Assembly (NCBI GenBank): GCA_964016885.1
Contig: CAXHJY010000889.1
Span: 1 to 64,000, forward strand
Origin: Eledone cirrhosa
Lineage: Eukaryota
Direction: 5' to 3'
Length of the DNA: 64,000 nucleotides
Positions 46,889-59,904 of this stretch are shown in pieces. Each line of letters starts with the position of its first letter. Positions within the stretch are counted from its first letter, which is position 1. Below the pieces are notes generated by a model. It saw nothing but the letters and a program-made list of their open reading frames with translations, was not told the DNA's origin and made no database searches. The translations under genes were made by a program, and so were the position numbers.

Positions 46889-49800
46889 AAAAAACGTAAC
46901 AAATTAATGCTTTTACAAATCTTTCGAAATATCTACTTCCTGGCTTCAAATTTTGCAGATTAAACTTTTTTCGAAAAACCTAAAAAAATCAGTTTTCGAA
47001 ATCAGAAGTTAATATTTCGAAAAACGCAATTTGAAAAACGCATATTAATTTTTTTTATACTTTTATATCTGATTTTTTTATACTTTTATATCAGATTTTT
47101 TTATACTTTTATATCAGATTTTTTTATACTTTTATATCTGATTTTTTTATACTTTTATATCTGATTTCAAATATTGATTTTTTTAGGTTTTTCGAAAACC
47201 TTATATAATCAATTTTTTTTAGTTTTTTCTAAAAAGAGTTCATAGTCGAAATATATACTTCCGCATTAATCTTTTTACGTCTTTCTGATTTTTTGCATGT
47301 TTCGAAATCTAAAAAAAACGTAACAAATTAATGCTTTTACAAATCTTTCGAAATATCTACTTCCTGGTTTCAAATTTTGCAGATTAAACTTTTTTCGAAA
47401 AACCTAAAAAATCAGTTTTCGAAATCAGAAGTTAATACTTTTTTACTTTTATATCTGATTTTTTTATACTTTTATATCTGATTTCAAATATTGATTTTTT
47501 TAGGTTTTTCGAAAACCTTATATAATCAATTTTTTTTAGTTTTTTCTAAAAAGAGTTCATAGTCGAAATATATACTTCCGCATTAATCGTTTTACGTTTT
47601 TCTGATTTTTTGCATGTTTCGAAATCTAAAAAAAACGTAAAAAATTAATGCTTTTACAAATCTTTAGAAATATTTACTTTCTGGTTTCAAATTTTGCAGA
47701 TTAAATTTTTTTCGAAAAACCTAAAAAATCAGTTTTCGAAATCAGAAGTTAATATTTCGAAATATTGATTTTTTTTAGGTTTTTCGAAAACCTTATATAA
47801 TTAATTTTTTTTATGTTTTTCGAAAAAGAGTTCATATATACTTCTGCATTAATCTTTTTACGTTTTTCGGTTTTTTTGCATGTAAATCTAAAAAAAACGT
47901 AACAAATTAATGCTTTTACAAATCTTTCGAAATATCTACTTCCTGGTTTCAAATTTTGCAGATTAAACTTTTTTCGAAAAACCTAAAAAAATCAGTTTTC
48001 GAAATCAGAAGTTAATACTTCGAAAAACGCAATTTGAAAAACGCAATTTGAAAAACACATATTAATTTTTTTTCGAAAACTTTATATAATCAATTTTTTT
48101 ATACTTTTAAAAATATTTATATCTGATTTCAAATATTGATTTTTTTAGGTTTTTCGGAACCTTATATAATCAATTTTTTTTAGGTGTTTCGAAATATATA
48201 CTTCTGCATTAATCTTTTTACGTTATTCTGATTTTTTGCATATATCGAAATCTAAAAAAAACGTAAAAATTTAATGCTTTTACAAATCTTTAGAAATATT
48301 TACTTTCTGGTTTCAAATTTTGCAGATTAAATTTTTTTCGAAAAACCTAAAAAAATCAGTTTTCGAAATCAGAAGTTAATATGCAATTTGGAAAACGCAT
48401 ATTAATTTTTTTTCGAAAACCTTATATAATCGATTTTTTTATACTTTTAGAAATATTTATATCCGATTTCAAATATTGATTTTTTTAGGTTTTTCGAAAA
48501 CCTTATATAATCAATTTTTTTATACTTTTATATCTGATTTCAAATATTGATTTTTTTAGGTTTTTCGAAAACCTTATATAATCAATTTTTTTTAGTTTTT
48601 TCGAAAAAGAGTTCATAGTCGAAATATATACTTCCGCATTAATCTTTTTACGTTTTTCTGATTTTTTGCATGTTTCGAAATCTAAAAAAAACGTAAAAAA
48701 TTAATGCTTTTACAAATCTTTAGAAATATTTACTTTCTGGTTTCAAATTTTGCAGATTAAATTTTTTTCGAAAAACCTAAAAAATCAGTTTTCGAAATCA
48801 GAAGTTAATATTTCGAAATATTGATTTTTTTTAGGTTTTTCGAAAACCTTATATAATTAATTTTTTTTATGTTTTTCGAAAAAGAGTTCATATATACTTC
48901 TGCATTAATCTTTTTGCGTTTTTCGGTTTTTTTGCATGTAAATCTAAAAAAAACGTAACAAATTAATGCTTTTACAAATCTTTCGAAATATCTACTTCCT
49001 GGTTTCAAATTTTGCAGATTAAACTTTTTTCGAAAAACCTAAAAAAATCAGTTTTCGAAATCAGAAGTTAATACTTCGAAAAACGCAATTTGAAAAACAC
49101 ATATTAATTTTTTTTCGAAAACTTTATATAATCAATTTTTTTATACTTTTAAAAATATTTATATCTGATTTCAAATATTGATTTTTTTAGGTTTTTCGGA
49201 ACCTTATATAATCAATTTTTTTTAGGTTTTTCGAAATATATACTTCTGCATTAATCTTTTTACGTTATTCTGATTTTTTGCATATTTCGAAATCTAAAAA
49301 AAACGTAAAAATTTAATGCTTTTACAAATCTTTCGAAATATTTACTTTCTGGTTTCAAATTTTGTAGATTAAATTTTTTTCGAAAAACCTAAAAAAATCA
49401 GTTTTCGAAATCAGAAGTTAATATTTCGAAAAAAGCAATTTGGAAAACGCATATTAATTTTTTTTCGAAAACCTTATATAATCGATTTTTTTATACTTTT
49501 AGAAATATTTATATCCAATTTCAAATATTGATTTTTTTAGGTCTTTCGAAAACCTTATATAATCAAATTTTTTTAGTTTTTTCGAAAAAGAGTTCATAGT
49601 CGAAATATATACTTCCGCATTAATCTTTTTACGTTTTTCTGATTTTTTGCATGTTTCGAAATATAAAAAGACCGTAAAAAATTAATGCTTTTACAAATCT
49701 TTCGAAATATCTACTTCCTGGTTTCAAATTTTGCAGATTAAACTTTTTTCGAAAAACCTAAAAAATCAGTTTTCGAAATCAGAAGTTAATCTTTCGAAAT

Positions 49801-52800
49801 ATTGATTTTTTTTTAGGTTTTTCGAAAACCTTATATAATTAATTTTTTTTAGGTTTTTCGAAAAAGAGTTCATATATACTTCTGCATTAATCTTTTTACG
49901 TTTTTCTGATTTTTTGCATGTTTCGAAATCTAAAAAAAACTTAAAAAATTAATGCTTTTACAAATCTTTAGAAATATTTACTTTCTGGTTTCAAATTTTG
50001 CAGATTAAATTTCTTTCCAAAAACCTAAAAAAATCAGTTTTCGAAATCAGAAGTTAATATTTCGAAAAACGCAATTTGAAAAACGCATATTAATTTTTTT
50101 TATACTTTTATATCTGATTTTTTTATACTTTTATATCAGATTTTTTTATACTTTTATATCAGATTTTTTTATACTTTTATATCTGATTTTTTTATACTTT
50201 TATATCTGATTTCAAATATTGATTTTTTTAGGTTTTTCGAAAACCTTATATAATCAATTTTTTTTAGTTTTTTCTAAAAAGAGTTCATAGTCGAAATATA
50301 TACTTCCGCATTAATCTTTTTACGTTTTTCTGATTTTTTGCATGTTTCGAAATCTAAAAAGACCGTAAAAAATTAATGCTTTTACAAATCTTTAGAAATA
50401 TTTACTTTCTGGTTTCAAATTTTGCAGATTAAATTTTTTTCGAAAAACCTAAAAAATCAGTTTTCGAAATCAGAAGTTAATATTTCGAAATATTGATTTT
50501 TTTTAGGTTTTTCGAAAACCTTATATAATTAATTTTTTTTAGGTTTTTCGAAAAAGAGTTCATATATACCTCTGCATTAATCTTTTTACGTTTTTCGGTT
50601 TTTTTGCATGTAAATCTAAAAAAAACCTAACAAATTAATGCTTTTACAAATCTTTCGAAATATCTACTTCCTGGTTTCAAATTTTGCAGATTAAACTTTT
50701 TTCGAAAAACCTAAAAAATCAGTTTTCGAAATCAGAAGTTAATATTTCGAAATATTGATTTTTTTTTAGGTTTTTCGAAAACCTTATATAATTAATTTTT
50801 TTTAGGTTTTTCGAAAAAGAGTTCATATATACTTCTGCATTAATCTTTTTACGTTTTTCTGATTTTTTGCATGTTTCGAAATCTAAAAAAAACTTAAAAA
50901 ATTAATGCTTTTACAAATCTTTAGAAATATTTACTTTCTGGTTTCAAATTTTGCAGATTAAATTTCTTTCCAAAAACCTAAAAAAATCAGTTTTCGAAAT
51001 CAGAAGTTAATATTTAGAAAAAAGCAATTTGGAAAACGCATATTAATTTTTTTTCGAAAACCTTATATAATCGATTTTTTTATACTTTTAGAAATATTTA
51101 TATCCGATTTCAAATATTGATTTTTTTAGGTTTTTCGAAAACCTTATATAATCAATTTTTTTATACTTTTATATCTGATTTCAAATATTGATTTTTTTAG
51201 GTTTTTCGAAAACCTTATATAATCAATTTTTTTTAGTTTTTTCTAAAAAGAGTTCATAGTCGAAATATATACTTCCGCATTAATCTTTTTACGTTTTTCT
51301 GATTTTTTGCATGTTTCGAAATCTAACAAAAACGTAAAAAATTAATGCTTTTACAAATCTTTAGAAATATTTACTTTCTGGTTTCAAATTTTGCAGATTA
51401 AATTTTTTTCGAAAAACCAAAAAAATCAGTTTCGAAATCAGAAGTTAATATTTCGAAATATTGATTTTTTTTAGGTTTTTCGAAAAAGAGTTCATATATA
51501 CTTCTGCATTAATCTTTTTACGTTTTTCGGTTTTTTTGCATGTAAATCTAAAAAAAACGTAACAAATTAATACTTTTACAAATCTTTCGAAATATCTACT
51601 TCCTGGTTTCAAATTTTGCAGATTAAACTTTTTTCGAAAAACCTAAAAAAATCAGTTTTCGAAATCAGAAGTTAATATTTCGAAAAATGCAATTTGAAAA
51701 ACGCATATTAATTTTTTTTCGAAAACCTTAAATAATCGATTTTTTTATACTTTTAGAAATATTTATATCTGATTTCAAATATTGATTTTTTTAGGTTTTT
51801 CGAAAACCTTATATAATCAATTTTTTTTAGTTTTTTTGAAAAAGAGTTCATAGTCGAAATATATACTTCCGCATTAATCTTTTTACGTTTTTCTGATCTT
51901 TTGCATGTTTCGAAATTTAAAAAAAACGTAAAAAATTAATGCTTTTACAAATAATCAATTTTTTTATACTTTTAGAAATATTTATATCTTATTTCAAATA
52001 TTGATTTTTTAGGTTTTTCGAAAAAATTGATTATATAAATAATCAATTTTTTTTAGGTTTTTCGAAAAAAGAATGACTGTGAGTCATAGTCGAAATATAT
52101 ACTTCGGCATTAATCTTTTTACGTTTTTCTGATTTTTTGCATGTTTCGAAATCTAAAAAAAAACTTAAAAAATTAATGCTTTTACAAATCTTTAGAAATA
52201 TTTACTTTCTGGTTTCAAATTTTGCAGATTAAATTTTTTTCGAAAAACCTAAAAAATTAGTTTTCGAAATCAGAAGTTAATATTTCGAAATATTGATTTT
52301 TTTTAGGTTTTTCGAAAACCTTATATAAGTAATTTTTTTTAGGTTTTTCGAAACATTAATCTTTTTACGTTTTTTGGTTTTTTTGCATGTAAATCTAAAA
52401 AAAACGTAACAAATTAGTGCTTTTACAAATCTTTCGAAATATCTACTTCCTGGTTTCAAATTTTGCAGATTAAACTTTTTTCGAAAAACCTAAAAAAATC
52501 AGTTTTCGAAATCAGAAGTTAATACTTCGAAAAACGCAATTTGAAAAACGCAATTTGAAAAACACATTAATTTTTTTTCGAAAACTTTATATCAATTTTT
52601 TTATACTTTTAAAAATATTTATATCTGATTTCAAATATTGATTTTTTTAGGTTTTTCGAAATATATACTTCTGCATTAATCTTTTTACGTTATTCTGATT
52701 TTTTGCATATTTCGAAATCTAAAAAAAACGTAAAAATTTAATGCTTTTACAAATCTTTCGAAATATTTACTTTCTGGTTTCAAATTTTGCAGATTAAATT

Positions 52801-53071
52801 TTTTTCGAAAAACCTAAAAAAATCAGTTTTCGAAATTAGAAGTTAATATTTTGGAAAATGCAATTTGGAAAACGCATATTAATTTTTTTTCGAAAACCTT
52901 ATATAATCGATTTTTTTATACTTTTAGAAATATTTATATCTGATTTCAAATATTGATTTTTTTATAAAAATCAGTTTTTGAATTCAGAAGTTAATATTTC
53001 GAAAAACGCAAATCAATTTGTTTATACTTTTAGAAATATTTATAACTGATTTCAAATATTGATTTTTTTTA
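46889..53071. repeat. AT-rich satellite A, array 3 (6183 bp)
   Basis: From ~46974 it matches 33958-40055; 23-bp VNTRs at 47050-47164 and 50095-50209. Confidence 0.97.
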
Positions 53072-56000
53072 GGTTTAAGTCTAAGGCTTGATGTTGGGGT
53101 TTAAGTCTATGTCTAAGGGTTGGGGTTGGGGTTTAAGTCTAAGTCTAAAGCTTGTATTTGTGGTTCAAGTCTAAGTCTAAGGCTTGAGTTTGGGGTTTAT
53201 GTGTAAGTCTAAGTTTAAGGTTACGTCTAAGGCTAGGGGTTGGGGTTTAAATCTAAGTCTGAGGCTTGGGTTTGGGGTTTAAATGTAAGCTTTGGGTTGG
53301 GGTTAACGTCTAAGTCTAAGGCTTGTGGTTAGGGTTTAAGTCTAAGTTTAGGGGTTGGTGTTTAAGTTTACGTCTAAGGCTAGGGGTTGGGGTTAAGTCT
53401 AAGTCTAAGCGTTGCGCTATAAGTCTAAGTCTGAGGCTTGAGGTTGGGGTTTAAGTCTAAGTCTAAGGCTTTGGGTTGGGGTTTAAGCCTAAGTCGAAGA
53501 CTTGGCTTTTGGGTTTAAGTCTAAGGCTTGTGTTTATGGTTTAATTCTTGGGTTTGGGGTTTAAGTGTAAATCTAAGGCTAATGAGTTGGTGTTTAAGTG
53601 TAAGTCTAATGCTAGTGGTTGGGGTTTAAGTCTAACTTGGGGTTGGGGTTCAACTCTGAGGCTAAAGCTTGGGGTTGGGGTTTAAGTCTATGTCTAAGGC
53701 TTGGTTTGGGTTTAAGTTTATTTACGATTAAGACATGTTGTTAGGGTTTAATTGTAAGGCTTGCTGTTGTGGTTTAAGTCTATGTATAAAGCTTTGGGTT
53801 AGGGTTTAATTCTAATTCTAAGGCTTTGGTTTGGGGTTAATGTCTACGTCTAAGGCTTGAGGTTGGGGTTTAAGTCTAAGCCTAAGTTTTAGAGTTGGGG
53901 TTTAAGTCTAAGTTTAAGGGTTGGGTTTAAATCTAAATCCTGGAGTTGGGCTTTAAGTCTAAGTCTAAGGCTTGGGGTTGGGGTGTAATTCTGAGTCTAA
54001 GGCTGAGGGTTGACGTTTAATTCTAAGTCTAAGCCTTGGAGTTGGGGTTTAAGTCTAAGGCTTTTAGTTGGACTTTCAGTCTAAGTCTAAGTCTTGGGTT
54101 TGAGGTTTAAGTCTAAGTCTAATGCTTTGGGTTGAGGTTTAAGTCTAAGTCTAAGACTTGGGGTTGGGGTTTAAGTCTAAGTCTAAGTCTTGGGGTTTGA
54201 GTTTAAATCTAAGCTTGGAGCTGCGGTTGAAGTCTAAGTCTAAGTCATGTGGTTGGGGTTTAAATATATGTCTATGGCTTGTTGTTTATGTCTAAGTCTA
54301 AGACTTTGGGTTGTGGTTTAAGTCAAAGGTTTGGGGTTGGGGTTTAAGTTTAAGTCTAAGGCTAGGAGTTGGTGTTTAAGTCTAACACTAAGGCTTAGGG
54401 TTGGGGTTTATGTCTAAGCCTTGTGGTTATGGTTTAATTCAAAAGCTTGGAGTTGGGGTTTAAGCCTAAGTCTAAAGCTTGGGGTTGGGGTTTAAGCCTA
54501 AGGCTTCGGGTTAAGGTCTAAGTGCAAGACTTGGTGTTAGGGTTTAAATCTAAGTCTAATGCTAGTGGTTGGGTTTTAAGTCTAAGGCTTGGGCTTGTGA
54601 TTTAAGTCTAAGGCTAAGGCTTGGGGTTTGGGTTTAAGTCTATCTCTAAGGCTTGGTGTTGGGGATTAAATCTATGTCTAAGGCTTTGGGTTGTGATTTA
54701 AGTCTAAGTCTAAGGCCTGGGGTTGAGGTTTAAATCTAAGTCTAAGGCTTGGGGTTGGTGTTTAATGTAAAGTCTAAGGCTAGTAGTTGGGTCTCAAGTC
54801 TAAGTCTAAGCCTTGGGGTTGACGTTAAAATCTAAGTCTAAGGCTTGAGGTTGGCGTTTAAGTCTACGTCTAAGGCTTGAGGTTGGGGCTTAAATCTATG
54901 TCTATGGCTTGGGGTTTAAGTCTAAATCTAAGGCTTATGTTTGGGGTAAGTTTTAAGTCTAAGGCTTGGGATTGGGATTTAAGTTTAAATCTAAGGCTTG
55001 GGGTTAGGGTTTAAGTTTAAGTCTATAGCTTCGGTATGGGGTTTAAGTTTAATTCTAAGGCTTTTGGTAGAGGTTTAAGTCTGCGACTAAGGCTTGGGGT
55101 TGGTCTCTAAGTCTAAGGCTTGGGGTTGGGGTTTAAGTCTAAGTCTTATGCTTGTGGTTGGGTTTCAAATCTAAGTCCAACATTTGCGCTTGATCTTCAA
55201 GTCTAACTCTAAGGCTTGGGATTGGGGTGTAAGTCTAAGTCAAAGGCTTGTGGTTGGGGTTTAAATCTATCTCTAAGGCTTGGGGTTAAAGTCTAAGTCT
55301 ACAGCTTAATATTGGCGAGTAAGTCTAAGTCTAAGGATTGGTGTTGGGGATTATATCTATGACTAAGGCTTTGGTTGTGTTTTAAGTCTATGTCTAAGGC
55401 CTGGGGCTGGTATTTAAATCTAAGTCTAAGGATTGGGGGTCGAGGTTTAAGACTAAATTTAAGGCTGGGGGTTGGGGTTTAATGTTAAGTCAAAGGCTAG
55501 GAGTTGGTATTTAAGTCAAAGTCTAAGGCTTGGGGATGGGGTTTGTGTCTAAGGCTTGTGGTTATAGTTTAATTCTGAGGCTTGGAGCTGGGGTTTAACT
55601 CTAAGTCTAAGTCTTGAGGTTGGGGTTTAAATCTATGTCTATGGCTTGGAGTTTAAGTCTAAGTCTAATGCTAGTGGTTGGGTTTTAAGTCTAAGTCTTA
55701 GGCTTGGGGTTGGGGTTCAAGTCTAAGTCTAAGGCTTAAGGTTGGGGTTAAGTCTAAGTCTAAGACTTGGGGTTGGGGTTTAAGTCTAAGTTTAAGGCTT
55801 GGAGCTGGGGTTTAACTCTAAGTCTAAGTCTTGAGGTTGGGGTTTAAATCTATGTCTATGGCGTGGAGTTTAAGTCTAAGTCTAATGCTAGTGGTTGGGT
55901 TTTAAGTCTAAGTCTTAGGCTTGGGGTTCAAGTCTAAGTCTAAGGCTTAAGGTTGGGGTTAAGTCTAAGTCAAAAGGTTGGGGTTTAAGTCTAAGGCTTG

Positions 56001-59000
56001 GGGTTAGGGTTTATGTCTAAGGCTTGGTGTTGGGGGTTTAAGTCTAAGTCTAAGGATTGGGTTTAAGTCTAAGTCTAAGTCTAGTTGTTGGGATTTAAGT
56101 CCAAATCTAAGACTTGGGGTTGGGATTCAACTCTAAGTCTAAGGCTTGGTGTTGGGGTTTGAATCTATGTGTATGGCTTGGGGTTTAACTCGAAGTCTAA
56201 GGCTTAATGTTGGGGTTTAAGTCTAAGTCTAATGCTATTGGTTGGGGTTTATGTCGATGTCTAAAGCTTCGGGTTGGGGTTTAAGTTTAAGTCTAAGGCT
56301 TGGATTTTGGGTTTAAGTCTAAGTCTAAGTCTAATGTGGTTGGGGTTTAAGACCAAGTCTAAGGCTTGGAGCTGGGGTTTAAGTCTATTGCTAAGTCTTG
56401 AGGTTGGTGTTTAAATCTATGTCTATGGCTTGGAGTTTAAGTCTAAGTCTAATACTAGTGGTTAGGTTTTAAGTCTAAGTCTAAGGCTTGGGGTTGAGGT
56501 TCAAGTCTAAGTCTAAGGCTTGAGGTTGGGGTTTAAGTCTACGTCTAAGGTTTGAGGTTGGTGTTTAAATCTATGTCTATGGCTTGGGGTTTAAGTCTAA
56601 ATCTAAGACTTATGGTTGGGGTAAGTCTAAGTCTAATGCTTGTGGTTGGGGTTTAAGTCTAAATCTAAGACTTTCGGTTGGGGTTTAAGTTTACAAGCTG
56701 GGCTAAGGCTTGGGGTTAGGTTTTAAGTCTAAGGCTTGAGGTTGGGGTTTAAGTCTAAGTCTAAGTCTTGAAGTTGAGGTTTAAATCTATGTCTATGGCT
56801 TGGAGTTTAAGTCTAAGTCTAATGCTAGTGGTTGGGGTTTAAGTCTAAGTCTAAGGCTTGGGGTTAGGGTTTAAGTTTAAGTCTAAAGCTTCGGTTTGGG
56901 GTTTCAGTTTAATTCGAAGGCTTTCGGTAGAGGTTTAAGTCTACGACTAAGGCTTGGTGTTGGTTTTTAAGTGTAAGGTTTAAGTCTAAGTCTTATGCTT
57001 GTGGTTGGGGTTTAAGTCGAAGTCTAAGGCTTGGGCTTGGTGTATAAATCTAAGTCTAACGCTTGTGCTTGATCTTCAAGTCTAACTCTATGGTTTGGGG
57101 TTGTGGTGTAAATCTAAGTCTAAGGCTTGGGGTTCGGGTTTAAATCTAAGTCTAAGGCTTGGTGTTGGGGTTTGAGTCTAAGTATAAGGCGTGTGGTTGG
57201 GGTTTATGTCTAAGACTAAGGCATGGGGTAAGGGTTTAAGTCTAAGGCTAAGGCTTGGGGTTAGGATGTGAGTATAAATCTAATGCTTGGCGTTAGGGTT
57301 TAAGTCTAAGTCTAAGGCTTGGGTTTGGGGTATAAATCTAATTATAAGGATAAGGTTGGGGTTCGGGTTTAAGACTAAGTGTTGTGGTTAGGATTTAATT
57401 CTAAGGCTTGGCGTTGGGGTTTACGTCTAAGTCTAAAGCTTGGGGTAGGGGTTTAAGTCATGTCGAAGGCTTGGAGTTTAAGTCTAACTCTAAGGCTTTG
57501 GTTTGGGGTTTAAGACTACGTGTAAGGCTTGAGGTTGGGGTTTAAGTCTAAGTCTTGGAGTTGGGGTTTAATTTTACGTCTAAGGCTTGGGTTTGTGGTT
57601 TAAGTCTAAGTCTAAGAGTTGGTATTAGTCTTTAAATCTAAGGCTTGGATTTGGGGTGTAAGTCTAAGTCTAAGGCTTGTGGTTGGGGTCTAAATCCATG
57701 TCTAAGGCTTAGGGTTTAAGTCTAAGTCTAAAGCTTAATGTTGGGGATTAAGTCTAAGTCTAAGACTTAAGGTTGGGGTTTAAGTCTACGTCTAAGGCTT
57801 GTGGTTGGGTTTTATGTAGAAGTCTAAACATGGGGTTGGGGTTTAAGTCTATGTCTAAGGCTTGGGATTGGGGTTTAAGTCTAAGTCTAAGGATTTGTGT
57901 TGGTTTTTAAGTTTACGTGTTGGGGTTTGGGGTTAAGTTGTAAGTCTAAAGCTTGTTATAAGGGTTTAATTCTAAGGCTTGGGGTTGTGGTTTAAGTCTA
58001 TGTATAAGACTTGGGGTTGGGGTTTAATTCTAAGTCTAAGGCTTTGGTTTGGGGTTAGTGTCTAAGTCTAAGGCTTGAGGTTGGGATTTAAATCTAAGTC
58101 TAAGTCTTGGAGTTGGGGTTTAAGTTTACGTCTAAGGTAAGGGGTTGGGGTGTAAGTCTAAGTCTAAGGCTTTGGGTTGGGGTTTATGTCTAAGTCTAAG
58201 GCTTTGGGTTGGGGTTTAAGTCTAAGTCTAAGCCTTTTGGTTGGTGTTTAAGTGTATGTCTAAGGGTTGGTGTTGGATTTAAGTCTAAGTCAAATGCTTG
58301 GGTTTGGGCTTTATGTCTAAGTCTAAGTCTTGGGGTTGGGGTTTAAGTCTAAGTTTAAGGCTTGGAGCTGGGGTTTAACTCTAAGTCTAAGTCTTGAGGT
58401 TGGGGTTTAAATCTATGTCTATGGCGTGGAGTTTAAGTCTAAGTCTAATGCTAGTGGTTGGGTTTTAAGTCTAAGTCAAATGCTTGGGTTTGGGCTTTAT
58501 GTCTAAGTCTAAGTCTTGGGGTTGGGGTTTAAGTCTAAGTTTAAGGCTTGGAGCTGGGGTTTAACTCTAAGTCTAAGTCTTGAGGTTGGGGTTTAAATCT
58601 ATGTCTATGGCGTGGAGTTTAAGTCTAAGTCTAATGCTAGTGGTTGGGTTTAAAGTCTAAGTCTTAGGCTTGGGGTTGGGGTTCAAGTCTAAGTCTAAGG
58701 CTTAAGGTTGGGGTTAAGTCTAAGTCTAAGACTTGGGGTTGGGGTTTAAGTCTAAGTTTAAGGCTTGGAGCTGGGGTTTAACTCTAAGTCTAAGTCTTGA
58801 GGTTGGGGTTTAAATCTATGTCTATGGCGTGGAGTTTAAGTCTAAGTCTAATGCTAGTGGTTGGGTTTTAAGTCTAAGTCTTAGGCTTGGGGTTCAAGTC
58901 TAAGTCTAAGGCTTAAGGTTGGGGTTAAGTCTAAGTCAAAAGGTTGGGGTTTAAGTCTAAGGCTTGGGGTTAGGGTTTATGTCTAAGGCTTGGTGTTGGG

Positions 59001-59904
59001 GGTTTAAGTCTAAGTCTAAGGATTGGGTTTAAGTCTAAGTCTAAGTCTAGTTGTTGGGATTTAAGTCCAAATCTAAGACTTGGGGTTGGGATTCAACTCT
59101 AAGTCTAAGGCTTGGTGTTGGGGTTTGAATCTATGTGTATGGCTTGGGGTTTAACTCGAAGTCTAAGGCTTAATGTTGGGGTTTAAGTCTAAGTCTAATG
59201 CTATTGGTTGGGGTTTATGTCGATGTCTAAAGCTTCGGGTTGGGGTTTAAGTTTAAGTCTAAGGCTTGGATTTTGGGTTTAAGTCTAAGTCTAAGTCTAA
59301 TGTGGTTTAAGACCAAGTCTAAGGCTTGGAGCTGGGGTTTAAGTCTATTGCTAAGTCTTGAGGTTGGTGTTTAAATCTATGTCTATGGCTTGGAGTTTAA
59401 GTCTAAGTCTAATACTAGTGGTTAGGTTTTAAGTCTAAGTCTAAGGCTTGGGGTTGAGGTTCAAGTCTAAGTCTAAGGCTTGAGGTTGGGGTTTAAGTCT
59501 ACGTCTAAGGTTTGAGGTTGGTGTTTAAATCTATGTCTATGGCTTGGGGTTTAAGTCTAAATCTAAGACTTATGGTTGGGGTAAGTCTAAGTCTAATGCT
59601 TGTGGTTGGGGTTTAAGTCTAAATCTAAGACTTTCGGTTGGGGTTTAAGTTTACAAGCTGGGCTAAGGCTTGGGGTTAGGTTTTAAGTCTAAGGCTTGAG
59701 GTTGGGGTTTAAGTCTCAGTCTAAGTCTTGAAGTTGAGGTTTAAATCTATGTCTATAGCTTGGAGTTTAAGTCTAAGTCTAATGCTAGTGGTTGGGGTTT
59801 AAGTCTAAGTCTAAGGCTTGGGGTTAGGGTTTAAGTTTAAGTCTAAAGCTTCGGTTTGGGGTTTATGTCTAAGTCTAAGTCTTGGGGTTGGGGTTTAAAT
59901 CTAA
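53072..59904 (+). repeat. 32-bp minisatellite block B, copy 3 (6833 bp)
   Basis: Same length and junctions as B2; one substitution noticed (C at 59717 vs A at 46701). Confidence 0.96.

Noticed and set aside
23729-59904. Block B as an independently inserted transposon
   Set aside because: There is no coding capacity, terminal repeat or TSD. Identical flanks on all three copies show segmental amplification rather than separate insertions.
53072-59904. Canonical telomerase-made telomere tract
   Set aside because: No long pure hexamer run is present. The variant order is copied exactly between blocks, and satellite A resumes downstream.
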